This document shows positions 1 through 9,305 of a stretch of DNA of 64,000 nt, piece after piece. Numbering within the stretch: position 1 is the first letter of the stretch; the number at the start of each line of letters is the position of its first letter. Below the pieces are notes generated by a model, which saw only the letters and a list, made by a program, of their open reading frames with translations, was not told the origin of the DNA and did no database searches. The translations under genes and the position numbers were made by a program. The DNA comes from Candidatus Omnitrophota bacterium (GTDB lineage: Bacteria > Omnitrophota > Gorgyraeia > Tantalellales > Tantalellaceae): NCBI GenBank assembly GCA_028715965.1, contig JAQUQS010000006.1:50163-114162 (forward strand), written 5' to 3'.

Positions 1-507
1 GGTGAGAACGCCATAATCACATTGAACATATCCGGGAATGGCGCGCCGGAAAGTAAAACTGTTATTGTGCAGGACATCCAGACGGATCCCCTTAACGATA
101 CGTTCGTGCACGTGGACTTTCACGAGATATCGCTTACCGAAAAGATCAAGGTCAACATCCCGGTCGCCGTTAAGGGCGAATCGGTAGGGGTAAAGGACGA
201 AGATGGTGTCCTGACCCAGACGATATGGGAGATCGAGGTGGAATGTCTGCCAACGGATATTCCTGAGCACATAAACATTGACGTGACCGGACTTGCCATG
301 GGGGACGCGATACATGTATCCGATGTACCGCCTATACCCGGTGTCAAGATACTGGAGGACCCGGAAACGGTCATAGTGTCAGTGCATCACCATGAGGCGG
401 AGCCGGAAGAAGAAGCGGCCACGACCGTTGAAGGGGAAGAGCCCGAGCTTATAAAGAAGGGTAAGAAGGAAGAAGAAGGGGCTGAGGGAGAAGAACCTGC
501 CGAATAG
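1..507 (+). CDS. rplY: 50S ribosomal protein L25 / general stress protein Ctc, C-terminal part (5' end lies upstream of window)
   Basis: Frame 1 is open from nt 1. The product shows L25/Ctc beta-barrel motifs (VHVDFHEISLTEKIKVNIPV..GESVGVK) followed by the acidic E/P-rich tail typical of the Ctc form. It sits upstream of pth as in many bacteria. Confidence 0.8.
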   Translation, partial: GENAIITLNISGNGAPESKTVIVQDIQTDPLNDTFVHVDFHEISLTEKIKVNIPVAVKGESVGVKDEDGVLTQTIWEIEVECLPTDIPEHINIDVTGLAMGDAIHVSDVPPIPGVKILEDPETVIVSVHHHEAEPEEEAATTVEGEEPELIKKGKKEEEGAEGEEPAE

Positions 508-567
508 ATCGGGATACGCGCAAGCGGGCCTTGCCGGAGGACCCGGGCAGGAAAAGGTGGATACAGG

Positions 568-1113
568 ATGAAGATTGTTGTGGGGCTCGGGAATCCCGGA
601 TTACGCTACAGGAATACTCGCCATAACGCCGGGTTCATGGTGGTGGAGAAAGTAGCCGCTAAACATGGGCTTAAGATCAAAAAGAAAGGCTTTGGCGGGG
701 CGTACGGAGCGGGCAGGGTATGTGATGCTGAAGTGATGTTCTTTGAACCGCTAACATATATGAATCTTTCAGGGGAAGCTGTATCAGCTGTTTGTTCCGC
801 AAAGCTCGAAGATCCAAAAGAGCTCCTGGTAGTAAGTGATGATTTTAATATCCCGTTTGGCAGTATACGTTTACGCTCCAGTGGATCTGCCGGAGGGCAT
901 AACGGGCTCAGGTCGATAATCGAGCATATGGGGGAAGGCTTTGCCCGGTTAAGGGTTGGGATAGGAAGTAATATGCCGCCCGAAGGGGATATGTCCGGTT
1001 TTGTGCTATCCAGATTTTCGAAAGAAGAGAGAGGGCAGCTTGATACCATTCTGGACGAGTCCGTAGAAAAAGTGGAATTATGGCTAAAAAAAGGTGTTTT
1101 ACCCTCCGCTTGA
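568..1113 (+). CDS. pth: peptidyl-tRNA hydrolase
   Basis: The N-terminus GLGNPG..Y..TRHNAGF and a length of 181 aa are canonical Pth features. Confidence 0.92.
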   Translation: MKIVVGLGNPGLRYRNTRHNAGFMVVEKVAAKHGLKIKKKGFGGAYGAGRVCDAEVMFFEPLTYMNLSGEAVSAVCSAKLEDPKELLVVSDDFNIPFGSIRLRSSGSAGGHNGLRSIIEHMGEGFARLRVGIGSNMPPEGDMSGFVLSRFSKEERGQLDTILDESVEKVELWLKKGVLPSA

Positions 1114-1151
1114 CAGGGATAGGACCTCCACGGTAGTCGTGATAAAACCAC

Positions 1152-1180
1152 TTGATTATAAAGCTGATATGTGTTAATAT
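1152..1180 (+). promoter_or_regulatory. sigma70-like promoter for the rpsF-ssb-rpsR-rplI operon (TTGATT - 17 nt - TGT TAATAT, extended -10)
   Basis: TTGATT lies at 1152-1157 and TAATAT at 1175-1180 with a 17-nt spacer and a TG dinucleotide upstream of the -10. It is about 55 nt upstream of the rpsF ATG in an AT-rich intergenic region. Confidence 0.5.
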
Positions 1181-1235
1181 TCTGGTCGTATATTATATTA
1201 TAGATAACTATAACAGGGAAAGAGCTGACAACAAT

Positions 1236-1526
1236 ATGGAAAACAAAATATCGTATTCGGGACTGTTTATCGTAACACCGGAAAAAGAGGAAGCGATAGA
1301 CGAGATAAAAGGATGTATAACCTCAATTATCACCGAAAATTCCGGCAACATAGTGAAGGAAAATATGATGGGGAAGAGGACTCTTGCCTATCCTATTAAG
1401 AAAAAAGCGACCGGTATTTACTACGAGGTCACCTTTACTGCCCCTCCGGAATCGGTAGGTGATATGATGCGTCTTTTCCGTATAAACACGGATATATTGA
1501 GGACGCTTATTGAGAAGAATGTATAA
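1236..1526 (+). CDS. rpsF: 30S ribosomal protein S6
   Basis: The ATG at 1236 is preceded by GGGAAAGAG. The product MENKISYSGLFIV..EAIDEIKG..IVKEN..GKRTLAYPIKK matches S6, and the ORF-track start at 1152 is an upstream in-frame extension. Confidence 0.9.
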   Translation: MENKISYSGLFIVTPEKEEAIDEIKGCITSIITENSGNIVKENMMGKRTLAYPIKKKATGIYYEVTFTAPPESVGDMMRLFRINTDILRTLIEKNV

Positions 1527-1572
1527 GGGATAAGGGCTCGCATCCCGTGCCCGTCCGGGAAGGAAAAGGATA

Positions 1573-2040
1573 ATGGCCGCCAGTTTGAACAAGGTATTTC
1601 TTATGGGGAACCTTACCAGGGACCCCGAGATAAGGTATATACCGAGCGGTACGGCTGTAGCGAATTTCACCGTAGCGGTGAACCGTCCATACAAGGACAC
1701 GACCGGGGAGAAGAAGGACGAAGTATCCTTCATAAGGGTCGTGGTGTGGGGGAAAATGGCGGAGATATGCGGGGAATACCTGACGAAAGGTAGGCCGGTC
1801 CTGGTAGAGGGCCGGTTGAAGTCCCGGACATGGGAAGCCCAGGACGGGCAAAAAAGGAGTTCCATGGACGTTGTGGCCACGAGTGTACAGTTCCTGGGAG
1901 GCAAGGGAGACAGGACGCCTTCTGCCGGGGGGAAGAAAGATGTTGGGGCAGGGGCTTCTCGGGACGACGACCAGGGTTACGGAGAAGTGGAATCTATCGA
2001 TGTTGATCAAGGCGCGATGGATAATGAAGTGCCGTTTTAA
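1573..2040 (+). CDS. ssb: single-stranded DNA-binding protein
   Basis: OB-fold SSB motifs (NKVFLMGNLTRDPEIRY..G..VANFTVAVNR) are followed by a Gly/Asp-rich linker and an acidic C-terminal tail ending DNEVPF. Confidence 0.92.
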   Translation: MAASLNKVFLMGNLTRDPEIRYIPSGTAVANFTVAVNRPYKDTTGEKKDEVSFIRVVVWGKMAEICGEYLTKGRPVLVEGRLKSRTWEAQDGQKRSSMDVVATSVQFLGGKGDRTPSAGGKKDVGAGASRDDDQGYGEVESIDVDQGAMDNEVPF

Positions 2041-2067
2041 AAAAATCATGAACAGGAGAGATAAATA

Positions 2068-2388
2068 GTGAAGAAGACCAATACCGACAGGAACGAAAAA
2101 GGGGACAGGAACGAAAGACGGACAAAAAAAGGGCCAAGGATATTCAAGAAAAGACCCTGCCGTCTCTGTAAGGACAAGATAGACAAGGTCGACTACAAGA
2201 ACGTGGAGTTCCTTGAAAGATTCATCTCGGACAGAGGACGGATCATCTCTTCGAGAATAAGCGGGAACTGCGCGAAACACCAGAGGGTGGTGTCGAACGC
2301 CATAAAAAAATCCAGGGCAGCGGCGCTTTTACCGTTCGTAAAGGTCAAAGACGGGCTGCAGAGAAGAAGACCAAGGAGAGAAGAGTGA
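2068..2388 (+). CDS. rpsR: 30S ribosomal protein S18 with a basic N-terminal extension and a C-terminal extension
   Basis: A GTG start at 2068 follows AGGAGAG. The S18 core (KDKIDKVDYKNVEFLERFISDRGRIISSRISG..KHQRVVSNAIKKSRAAALLP) is flanked by a Lys/Arg-rich N-terminal extension of about 25 aa and an extra C-terminal stretch of about 12 aa. Confidence 0.88.
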   Translation: MKKTNTDRNEKGDRNERRTKKGPRIFKKRPCRLCKDKIDKVDYKNVEFLERFISDRGRIISSRISGNCAKHQRVVSNAIKKSRAAALLPFVKVKDGLQRRRPRREE

Positions 2389-2828
2389 AAGTAATTTTGA
2401 TCAAAGACGTAGAAAGTCTCGGCCAGATAGGCGACGAGATGGAGGTCAAGGACGGTTACGCGAGGAATTACCTGATACCCAATAAATTCGTCATAGAGGC
2501 CACTCCGGGGGCCGTGAGCATCCTCGAACAGAAGAAACGCCAGAAGGAACGTCGCGAAAGAAAGCTCATGGAAGCGGCCGGGCAGCTTGCCGAGAAGATA
2601 GCAGCGCTGTCGATAACGGTGTCTATGGAAGCTGGGGAAGAGGATAAATTGTTCGGAGCCGTGACTTCCGAAGTGATAGCGGAGTATCTGGCGGCCGAGG
2701 GCATCGAGATCGACAAGAAAAAGATAGTTCTGGACGACCCTATAAAGGCTTTAGGCGTATACAACGTGGAAATAAAACTGCATCCTGAGGTCAAGGCCCA
2801 AGCCAGGGTTTGGGTAGTTAAGAAGTAA
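2385..2828 (+). CDS. rplI: 50S ribosomal protein L9
   Basis: MKVILIKDVESLGQIGDEMEVKDGYARNYLIPNKFV is the canonical L9 N-terminal domain. The start overlaps the rpsR stop (ATGA). Confidence 0.92.
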   Translation: MKVILIKDVESLGQIGDEMEVKDGYARNYLIPNKFVIEATPGAVSILEQKKRQKERRERKLMEAAGQLAEKIAALSITVSMEAGEEDKLFGAVTSEVIAEYLAAEGIEIDKKKIVLDDPIKALGVYNVEIKLHPEVKAQARVWVVKK

Positions 2829-2852
2829 TTATCTCATTCCTGAAAAATAGAA

Positions 2853-4208
2853 ATGATCCCGAAGACTATTGTCGAAAAAGTACCTCCTCAGAACGTTGAA
2901 GCCGAGATAGCGGTCCTTGGATCAATGCTTATCGACCGGGACGCGATATCCAGGGCCGTTGAGTTCATCGGGGAGGCGTCCTTCTACTTGGAGGCCCACA
3001 AAAGGGTCTTTTCCTCCATCGTTAAGCTATATGATTCGAACAACGCGGTCGATATAGTTACTCTTACCGAGGAACTGCAGAAAAAGAACCACCTGGACGG
3101 TATCGGCGGACCCGCGTATATTTCCAGTCTAGCGAACAGTATCCCGACAGCGGCTAATGTAGAACATTACGCCAAGATAGTCAGGGACAAGCATCTTTTA
3201 AGAAAGCTCATAAATACGGCAACGCAGATCGTCACGGAAGGGTATGATCCCTCGAACGAAGTTGACGACCTTCTCGACAAGGCTGAAAAGCTCATATTCG
3301 ATATCACCTCGAACCAGCGTGGTGAGATGAGCGTGCTCCAGATGAAGGATATAGTCAAGGATACCATCGAGACCATAGATAATCTCTACCAGCGCAAAGA
3401 GAACATCACCGGCATACCCACGGGTTTTCATGATCTTGATGTGAAGCTCGCGGGACTCCAGAAATCAGATCTTATAGTGCTGGCGGGCCGTCCATCCATG
3501 GGGAAAAGCGCGCTGGCTCTTTCCATACTGGAATACGCAGGTGTAGTAGCCCAGGTGCCGTCCGCATACTTCAGCCTTGAAATGTCGAAAGAACAGCTTG
3601 CCCAGAGAATGCTGTGTTCCATTGCCGGGGTGAACGCCCATAAGGTCAGGACAGGGTTCTTTTCCCAGAACGAATGGCCTAAGCTGGTTGACGCGGCCGG
3701 CAAACTGTCGGAATCACCGATATATATAGACGATACCCCGGGCATCTCCGCGCTTGAACTCAGGGCCAAGGCGCGCAGGCTCAAATCCAGGTACAATATA
3801 CAGCTCCTGATCATCGACTATATACAGCTCATGAAAGGGGCCTCCAACATAGAGAATCGCCAGCAGGAAATATCGGACATATCAAGGTCGATGAAAGCTC
3901 TCGCGAGGGAGCTCGACATACCGATCATAGGGATAAGCCAGCTGTCGCGCGCGGTGGAGCAAAGGGCTGACCACAGGCCGATGTTGTCGGACCTCCGGGA
4001 GTCCGGAGCCATCGAGCAGGACGCTGATGTCGTTATGTTGCTTCTGAGGGAAGAATACTATGCGCCTACGGAGGAAAATAAGGGTAAAGCGGAAGTGATA
4101 ATCGCCAAACAAAGGCACGGCCCAGTGGGAAGCGTTATGCTGGCATTTCTGCCGGAATTCACGAAATTCGGTAATTTATCAAGAATAGAAGAGGAAGAAG
4201 GTTTCTGA
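2853..4208 (+). CDS. dnaB: replicative DNA helicase DnaB
   Basis: A DnaB N-terminal domain (PPQNVEAEIAVLGSML) precedes a RecA-fold helicase with Walker A (GRPSMGKSALAL) and the IIDYIQLM and GISQLSRAVEQR motifs. Confidence 0.93.
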   Translation: MIPKTIVEKVPPQNVEAEIAVLGSMLIDRDAISRAVEFIGEASFYLEAHKRVFSSIVKLYDSNNAVDIVTLTEELQKKNHLDGIGGPAYISSLANSIPTAANVEHYAKIVRDKHLLRKLINTATQIVTEGYDPSNEVDDLLDKAEKLIFDITSNQRGEMSVLQMKDIVKDTIETIDNLYQRKENITGIPTGFHDLDVKLAGLQKSDLIVLAGRPSMGKSALALSILEYAGVVAQVPSAYFSLEMSKEQLAQRMLCSIAGVNAHKVRTGFFSQNEWPKLVDAAGKLSESPIYIDDTPGISALELRAKARRLKSRYNIQLLIIDYIQLMKGASNIENRQQEISDISRSMKALARELDIPIIGISQLSRAVEQRADHRPMLSDLRESGAIEQDADVVMLLLREEYYAPTEENKGKAEVIIAKQRHGPVGSVMLAFLPEFTKFGNLSRIEEEEGF

Positions 4209-6529
4209 TGAAAAAGATGTTCGCAGCAATACTTGTGGTCTTGTCATTCCTTGTTGCCTTTTGTCTGCCATCCGCGGAACTCGCGCAAGCCCAGACCGGG
4301 AGCGCTAAAAAGATCTCGGATATCAAGATCAAAGGGAATAAAGCGGTAAGCACCGCGACCATAATGAACAAGTTGAAGATAAAACCAGGTGATGCTTTCG
4401 AAGAGCTGGCGCTTAACAACGAAATAAAAAGGTTGTACGCCACTGGATTCTTCAGCGATGTTTTCGTTGAAACGGATGACAGGGAAGAAGGCGTGCTCGT
4501 GATCTTCACCGTGATGGAAAAACCGACCATAAGCGGGATAAAGTTCAGCGGCAACGGGCGTATAGCCGCCGCGAAACTCATGAAAAAGATACAGGTAAAA
4601 GAAGGCGACCTTCTTGACTTCAATATGCTGGGCCAGGACGTCATCAACATCAGGACGAACTATACCGAGCAGGGGTATAGCAACGCGCAGGTAGATTACA
4701 GGATAGAGACGGATCCCGATACGGGCGCGGCCGTAGTGGTATTTGTCATAGATGAAGGTATGCCGTTCAAGATAAGGAAGATCGGTTTCGAAGGCAACAA
4801 AAGTGTTAAAACAAGCGAACTATTGAGTTACATGTCCACTAAAACGGCATGGTGGTTCATACGTAAGGGGGCGTTCGACGAGGACGTGTTCAAGGAAGAC
4901 CAGGAGAGGATACAGTCGGTATACCGCAGCAAGGGTTTTCTCGATGCCAAGGTGACAAGCCGGGTGGAATACTCGGAAGACGGGAAGAGCATATACCTGA
5001 CCGTTATCGTGGATGAGGGCAAACAGTATTATGTAGGCGACCTGAAGCTGGTGGGTACGCTCGCTTTTCCGGAAGAAGATGTAATGGCGACATTGAAGAT
5101 GAAGCCGGGAGACGCGTTCGATTATAAGCTCATAAAAGAGGATATGGATAACATAAGGGCCTTCTATTTCGACAGGGGATACATGAACGCGGAAGTGGAC
5201 CTGCAGAACAAGTATAATCCCGTTACCGACAAGATGGACCTTATCTACAAGATAACGGCGCACGAAGAGGTGTATGTCGGAAAGGTCAACGTATTGGGCA
5301 ATACGAAGACAAGGGATAAGGTCATACGCAGGGAGCTCAGGGTATATCCAGGAGAAATGTACAATGGTGAAAGACTAAAGACAAGTAAGGAGAGGATATA
5401 TAACCTGGGATTTTTCGAGGATGTTTACCTGGAGACCGTGCCTACGGACAAAAGTAACGTTAAGGACCTGGATATTACGGTGAAGGAGACCAAGACCGGC
5501 GAGCTTTCTTTCGGTGGCGGATTCAGCTCGGTCGACGCCTTCATTGGCTTTGCGCAGATACGGCAGAGGAATTTCGATATACTTAACTTCCCGAGCTTTA
5601 CCGGTGGTGGACAGGACCTTACCATAAGGGGGGAGATAGGCAGCACCAGGACCAATTATCTCCTTAGCTGGACGGACCCGTGGATATTCGATCTTCCTTA
5701 TCTTTTCGGGTTCGATCTCTACCGTACCGAATACGACAAATCAGGTCTTTCCGGGTATGACTATTACGAGAGGCGTACGGGGGGGTCTTTAAGGCTGGGG
5801 AAGGACATAACGGATAACCTGGCTACGGGACTCGTATATAACCTGGAAGAGGTCAAATTGACGGATATACCGGATGACGCCTCAGCGGATCTCCAGGCAG
5901 AAGCCGGGACCAACACCCTGAGCCGCGTTACCTGGAATCTTACTTATGATACCCGTGACAATAAATTCTCTCCGACAAAAGGTATCGTTACGGGTATGTC
6001 GCTCGAGAATGTCGGGGGTTTTATAGGCGGGGACAAGGATTTCGTCAAAGGAACGGTCTTCCTGACATATTATCGCACTATAATCGAAGAGGTGGTCCTC
6101 GAACTTAAGGGTCGCGGTGGTATGGCTGAGCCTTATGACGATACGGACAAGATACCGATATATGAAAGGTTCTTCGCGGGTGGCGCCACTACCATAAGAG
6201 GTTATAAACAAAGATCTGTTGGACCGCGGGACTCCAGGGACGGGGCTATCGCTATAGGAGGCGATTCTATGGTTATCGGTAACGCTGAACTCGCGTTCCC
6301 GCTGTATAAACAGCTTTTAAGGGGAGCTGTTTTCTATGATGTGGGCGCGGTACACACGAAAGCGGAAGATATCTTTGAAACATCGGGATATGTGATGGGC
6401 GCGGGCGTAGGAGTAAGGGTAAAAACGCCGATAGGTCCGGTAAAACTGGATTATGGTTATCCCTTAAGCGATAACCATGATGATAAGAAGGAAGGACAGT
6501 TCTATTTTAGTGTAAGCCATGGGTTCTGA
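4208..6529 (+). CDS. bamA: outer membrane protein assembly factor BamA
   Basis: A signal peptide is followed by five POTRA-like repeats and a C-terminal Omp85 beta-barrel that ends in an aromatic residue (..SHGF). Confidence 0.9.
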   Translation: MKKMFAAILVVLSFLVAFCLPSAELAQAQTGSAKKISDIKIKGNKAVSTATIMNKLKIKPGDAFEELALNNEIKRLYATGFFSDVFVETDDREEGVLVIFTVMEKPTISGIKFSGNGRIAAAKLMKKIQVKEGDLLDFNMLGQDVINIRTNYTEQGYSNAQVDYRIETDPDTGAAVVVFVIDEGMPFKIRKIGFEGNKSVKTSELLSYMSTKTAWWFIRKGAFDEDVFKEDQERIQSVYRSKGFLDAKVTSRVEYSEDGKSIYLTVIVDEGKQYYVGDLKLVGTLAFPEEDVMATLKMKPGDAFDYKLIKEDMDNIRAFYFDRGYMNAEVDLQNKYNPVTDKMDLIYKITAHEEVYVGKVNVLGNTKTRDKVIRRELRVYPGEMYNGERLKTSKERIYNLGFFEDVYLETVPTDKSNVKDLDITVKETKTGELSFGGGFSSVDAFIGFAQIRQRNFDILNFPSFTGGGQDLTIRGEIGSTRTNYLLSWTDPWIFDLPYLFGFDLYRTEYDKSGLSGYDYYERRTGGSLRLGKDITDNLATGLVYNLEEVKLTDIPDDASADLQAEAGTNTLSRVTWNLTYDTRDNKFSPTKGIVTGMSLENVGGFIGGDKDFVKGTVFLTYYRTIIEEVVLELKGRGGMAEPYDDTDKIPIYERFFAGGATTIRGYKQRSVGPRDSRDGAIAIGGDSMVIGNAELAFPLYKQLLRGAVFYDVGAVHTKAEDIFETSGYVMGAGVGVRVKTPIGPVKLDYGYPLSDNHDDKKEGQFYFSVSHGF

Positions 6530-6568
6530 TCCGAACGGAAGTGTTCTTAACAACGGAAGGAGAGAGAT

Positions 6569-7081
6569 ATGACGGGGCAGATGATAAAATATTGTGTGAA
6601 AGTAGTAACAGTAGTTACAGTTTTGGCTGTTTGCGCGGGGCCGTTAGCTTTCGCGGAAGGGAAAATAGGTTATGTCGATCTTAGAAAGGCTTTTTATGAA
6701 TATGAGAAAGCCAACTCACTTGACAAGCAGCTCACAGACCTTACGGAAAAACGCCAGAACGAGAGAAAGACCAAGATAGACGCGATCACCAAGCTGAGGG
6801 AAGAGGCCGAACTCCTGAGCCCGGAAGCAAAAAGCAAGAAACAGACCGAGATCGATCTCAAGTTGGTACAGCTTCAGGAATTTGATAGAGAGGCCAGGCA
6901 GGAACTTCTCACGAAAAAGAACGATATGTTCAAAGAGGTAATAACCGACATACAGAACGTAGTGGATGATTTCGGTAAAAAAGGCGACTATGATTATATC
7001 CTTGATTCAAGGAATATCATGTTCTCAAAGCCCGAATTCGATATGACGGACCAGGTCATAAAACAGCTTAACAAAAAGTGA
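6569..7081 (+). CDS. skp: periplasmic chaperone Skp (OmpH family)
   Basis: The product is about 170 aa with a signal peptide and a Lys/Glu-rich coiled-coil body. It sits immediately downstream of bamA, as in the conserved bamA-skp-lpx cluster. Confidence 0.8.
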   Translation: MTGQMIKYCVKVVTVVTVLAVCAGPLAFAEGKIGYVDLRKAFYEYEKANSLDKQLTDLTEKRQNERKTKIDAITKLREEAELLSPEAKSKKQTEIDLKLVQLQEFDREARQELLTKKNDMFKEVITDIQNVVDDFGKKGDYDYILDSRNIMFSKPEFDMTDQVIKQLNKK

Positions 7082-7172
7082 TCCATCTGAGTATATTCCC
7101 GGGGGCGGGTATCGACACCTTGCAGAAAGAAGGACGATACTGCCCCCGGACCGTTTAGGGGAGATATGTGAA

Positions 7173-8012
7173 ATGTCGAGACAGGCGACCATAGAAAGGG
7201 ATGTCAGTTTTTCCGGGATCTCCCTGCAGGAAGGGAAAAAGGTCGAGATCATCTGCAGGCCAGCCCCGGCCGGGACGGGTATAGTCTTTATCCGGACCGA
7301 CATAGGCCCTGATGCCCGGATCCCCCTGAACGAGAAGACGATATCCACCGGACCCGACAGGAGGACCACGCTAAGTGTTCCCGGCGCGGAAGTTCAGACC
7401 ATCGAACATTTCATGTCAGTATTATGGTGCCTTTCCATCGATAATATATATGTAGAGCTTAACGCGGAGGAGATGCCGGCCATGGATGGCAGCGCCGGCG
7501 GGTTTCTTGAGGTGCTGAGACCGGCTGGTAGGAAAGAACAGGACCGGCCACGACGGATCATCGAGATAAACAAGGAATTCCGGGTCGAAAAGAACGGGGC
7601 TTATGTGGCGGTGTATCCGGCGGAAGGGTTCGTAGTCTCATATTCCATAGACTATGGAATACCCTCTATCCCTTCCGAAAAGATGGAAGTCGAACTTTCT
7701 CCGTCCGTGTTCGAGAAAGAAATACTGCCGGCCAGGACCTTTTGTCTCAAGGAAGAGGCGGAAATGCTCCTCAAGGCGGGACTCGGCAAAGGGGCGACGT
7801 TCGAGAATACACTTGTAATGGCCGCGGACGGGCCTGTTGATACAAAGCTAAGGTTCAGCAATGAGCCTTTAAGGCATAAGATGCTTGATCTTGTCGGGGA
7901 CCTGTACCTTACAGGACGTCCGCTAAAGGGCAGGATCGAAGCCGTAAGGTCGGGACACAGGCTTAACGCTGAAATGGTCCGATATCTGTACCGGGAATAT
8001 AACGCGCAATGA
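7173..8012 (+). CDS. lpxC: UDP-3-O-acyl-N-acetylglucosamine deacetylase
   Basis: The N-terminus (RQATIERDVSFSGISLQEGKKV..PAPAGTGIVF.RTD) and a length of 279 aa are typical of LpxC, and the HKMLDLVGDL zinc-site region is present. Confidence 0.92.
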   Translation: MSRQATIERDVSFSGISLQEGKKVEIICRPAPAGTGIVFIRTDIGPDARIPLNEKTISTGPDRRTTLSVPGAEVQTIEHFMSVLWCLSIDNIYVELNAEEMPAMDGSAGGFLEVLRPAGRKEQDRPRRIIEINKEFRVEKNGAYVAVYPAEGFVVSYSIDYGIPSIPSEKMEVELSPSVFEKEILPARTFCLKEEAEMLLKAGLGKGATFENTLVMAADGPVDTKLRFSNEPLRHKMLDLVGDLYLTGRPLKGRIEAVRSGHRLNAEMVRYLYREYNAQ

Positions 8013-8036
8013 ACCATATTGAATAGGAGAGGGATA

Positions 8037-8492
8037 ATGGAAAAAAAGGTATTGGATGTAAAGAAGATCATGTCATTTATACCGCACAGATACCCGTTCC
8101 TTCTGGTCGACCGGGTCATCGATTACGAAAAGGACAAGTGGATCACGGCTATAAAGAACGTGACCATCAACGAGTCTTTTTTTCAGGGACATTTCCCGGG
8201 CGAGCCGATAATGCCGGGTGTGTTGCAGATCGAAGCTTTGGCACAGGTTGGCGGCATACTGGCGTTGATGTCCGACGATGAAAGTGATACTTCCGAAAAA
8301 CTGGCCTTTTTCATGACGATCAATAACGCTAAGTTCAGAAAACCTGTGGTGCCCGGAGACCAGCTCACCATGAAGGTGGAGATAGTCAAAAGGGTGAGAA
8401 AGAACATAGTGCAGACCCACGGTAAGGTGCTGGTGGATGACACGGTAACATGTGAAGCCGACCTTATGTTCAGCATTTTCGACAAAAAATAA
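8037..8492 (+). CDS. fabZ: 3-hydroxyacyl-[acyl-carrier-protein] dehydratase FabZ
   Basis: The hot-dog fold motifs HFPGEPIMPGVLQIEALAQ are present. The ATG at 8037 is preceded by AGGAGAGGG, and the ORF-track start at 8019 is a TTG extension. Confidence 0.9.
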   Translation: MEKKVLDVKKIMSFIPHRYPFLLVDRVIDYEKDKWITAIKNVTINESFFQGHFPGEPIMPGVLQIEALAQVGGILALMSDDESDTSEKLAFFMTINNAKFRKPVVPGDQLTMKVEIVKRVRKNIVQTHGKVLVDDTVTCEADLMFSIFDKK

Positions 8493-8504
8493 AGGACAGC
8501 TGGA

Positions 8505-9305
8505 ATGGATAAGATCGGTATAATAGCCGGTAAAGGCGCTCTCCCCATGGAATTCCTGGATGAAGCGCGGCAGGATGGCCGGAAAATAACGGTCTTTGCA
8601 CTGCAAGGCATCACGGATAAGACGATCACGGAGCATGCTGAAAAAGTGTATTGGCTAAAAGTGGGTGAATTCAAGAAATTCGCGTTCCTTTTGATACGGG
8701 ACAGGATCAAACAGCTTGCTCTTCTTGGTAAGGTGGATAAGTCCATACTTTACCGCGAGCACGGACAGGATGACGAATACAGGAAAAGCTATGCCCGTAT
8801 AGGGGACACCAAGGATTACTCCATACTGCAGGAGGTCACGCGAAGACTGGGCTTTATCGGGGTAAGCGTGATGGATAGCACGGTATATCTTAAACATTTG
8901 CTGCCCGAAAAAGGGTTTCTTGGAAGTGTAAGGCCTGATGATACCACGGAAAAAGATATCAGCTTTGGATACGATATCGCGAAAAAGATATCAGGTATGG
9001 ATATCGGCCAAACGGTCGTAGTGAAGGGCGGGACCATCGTAGCTGTCGAAGCCATAGAGGGGACTGACGAAACGATAAAGCGCGCAGGGGCCCTTGCCGG
9101 TTCCGGGTGTGTCATGGTAAAGGTAAGTCGTCCCCATCAGGATATGAGGTGGGATGTGCCCACGATAGGGGCCGATACGATAAGAACGCTTGTTGAGAAC
9201 AAGTTCAAGGCCCTCGCGATAGAAAGCGGCCGAATGTTCGTGATGGACAGGCAACAAGTGGCGGACATGTCGGGACAGGCGGATATTACGATCAAGGTTA
9301 TTTGA
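8505..9305 (+). CDS. lpxI: UDP-2,3-diacylglucosamine pyrophosphatase LpxI (DUF1009 family)
   Basis: The N-terminal IGIIAGKGALP motif and overall LpxI_N/LpxI_C architecture (about 266 aa, GADTIRT motif) match LpxI. The gene lies in the lpx cluster in the position LpxH would otherwise occupy. Confidence 0.75.
   Translation: MDKIGIIAGKGALPMEFLDEARQDGRKITVFALQGITDKTITEHAEKVYWLKVGEFKKFAFLLIRDRIKQLALLGKVDKSILYREHGQDDEYRKSYARIGDTKDYSILQEVTRRLGFIGVSVMDSTVYLKHLLPEKGFLGSVRPDDTTEKDISFGYDIAKKISGMDIGQTVVVKGGTIVAVEAIEGTDETIKRAGALAGSGCVMVKVSRPHQDMRWDVPTIGADTIRTLVENKFKALAIESGRMFVMDRQQVADMSGQADITIKVI

Noticed and set aside
1152-1235. N-terminal extensions proposed by the ORF track (rpsF 1152, fabZ TTG 8019, lpxB TTG 10448, oxidoreductase TTG 11418, iscU GTG 13510, gamma subunit 22462, glnS 26402, ychF 47208, exeA-like 44755, PilP-like 43886, TPR gene 40468)
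   Set aside because: In each case an internal ATG with a recognisable Shine-Dalgarno gives a protein that begins at the conserved family N-terminus. The longer version either lacks an RBS, overlaps the upstream gene extensively or adds non-conserved residues.
1507-2280. 257-aa minus-strand ORF overlapping ssb and rpsR
   Set aside because: It lies antisense to two highly conserved genes. The product is Pro/Arg-rich low-complexity with no recognisable motif.
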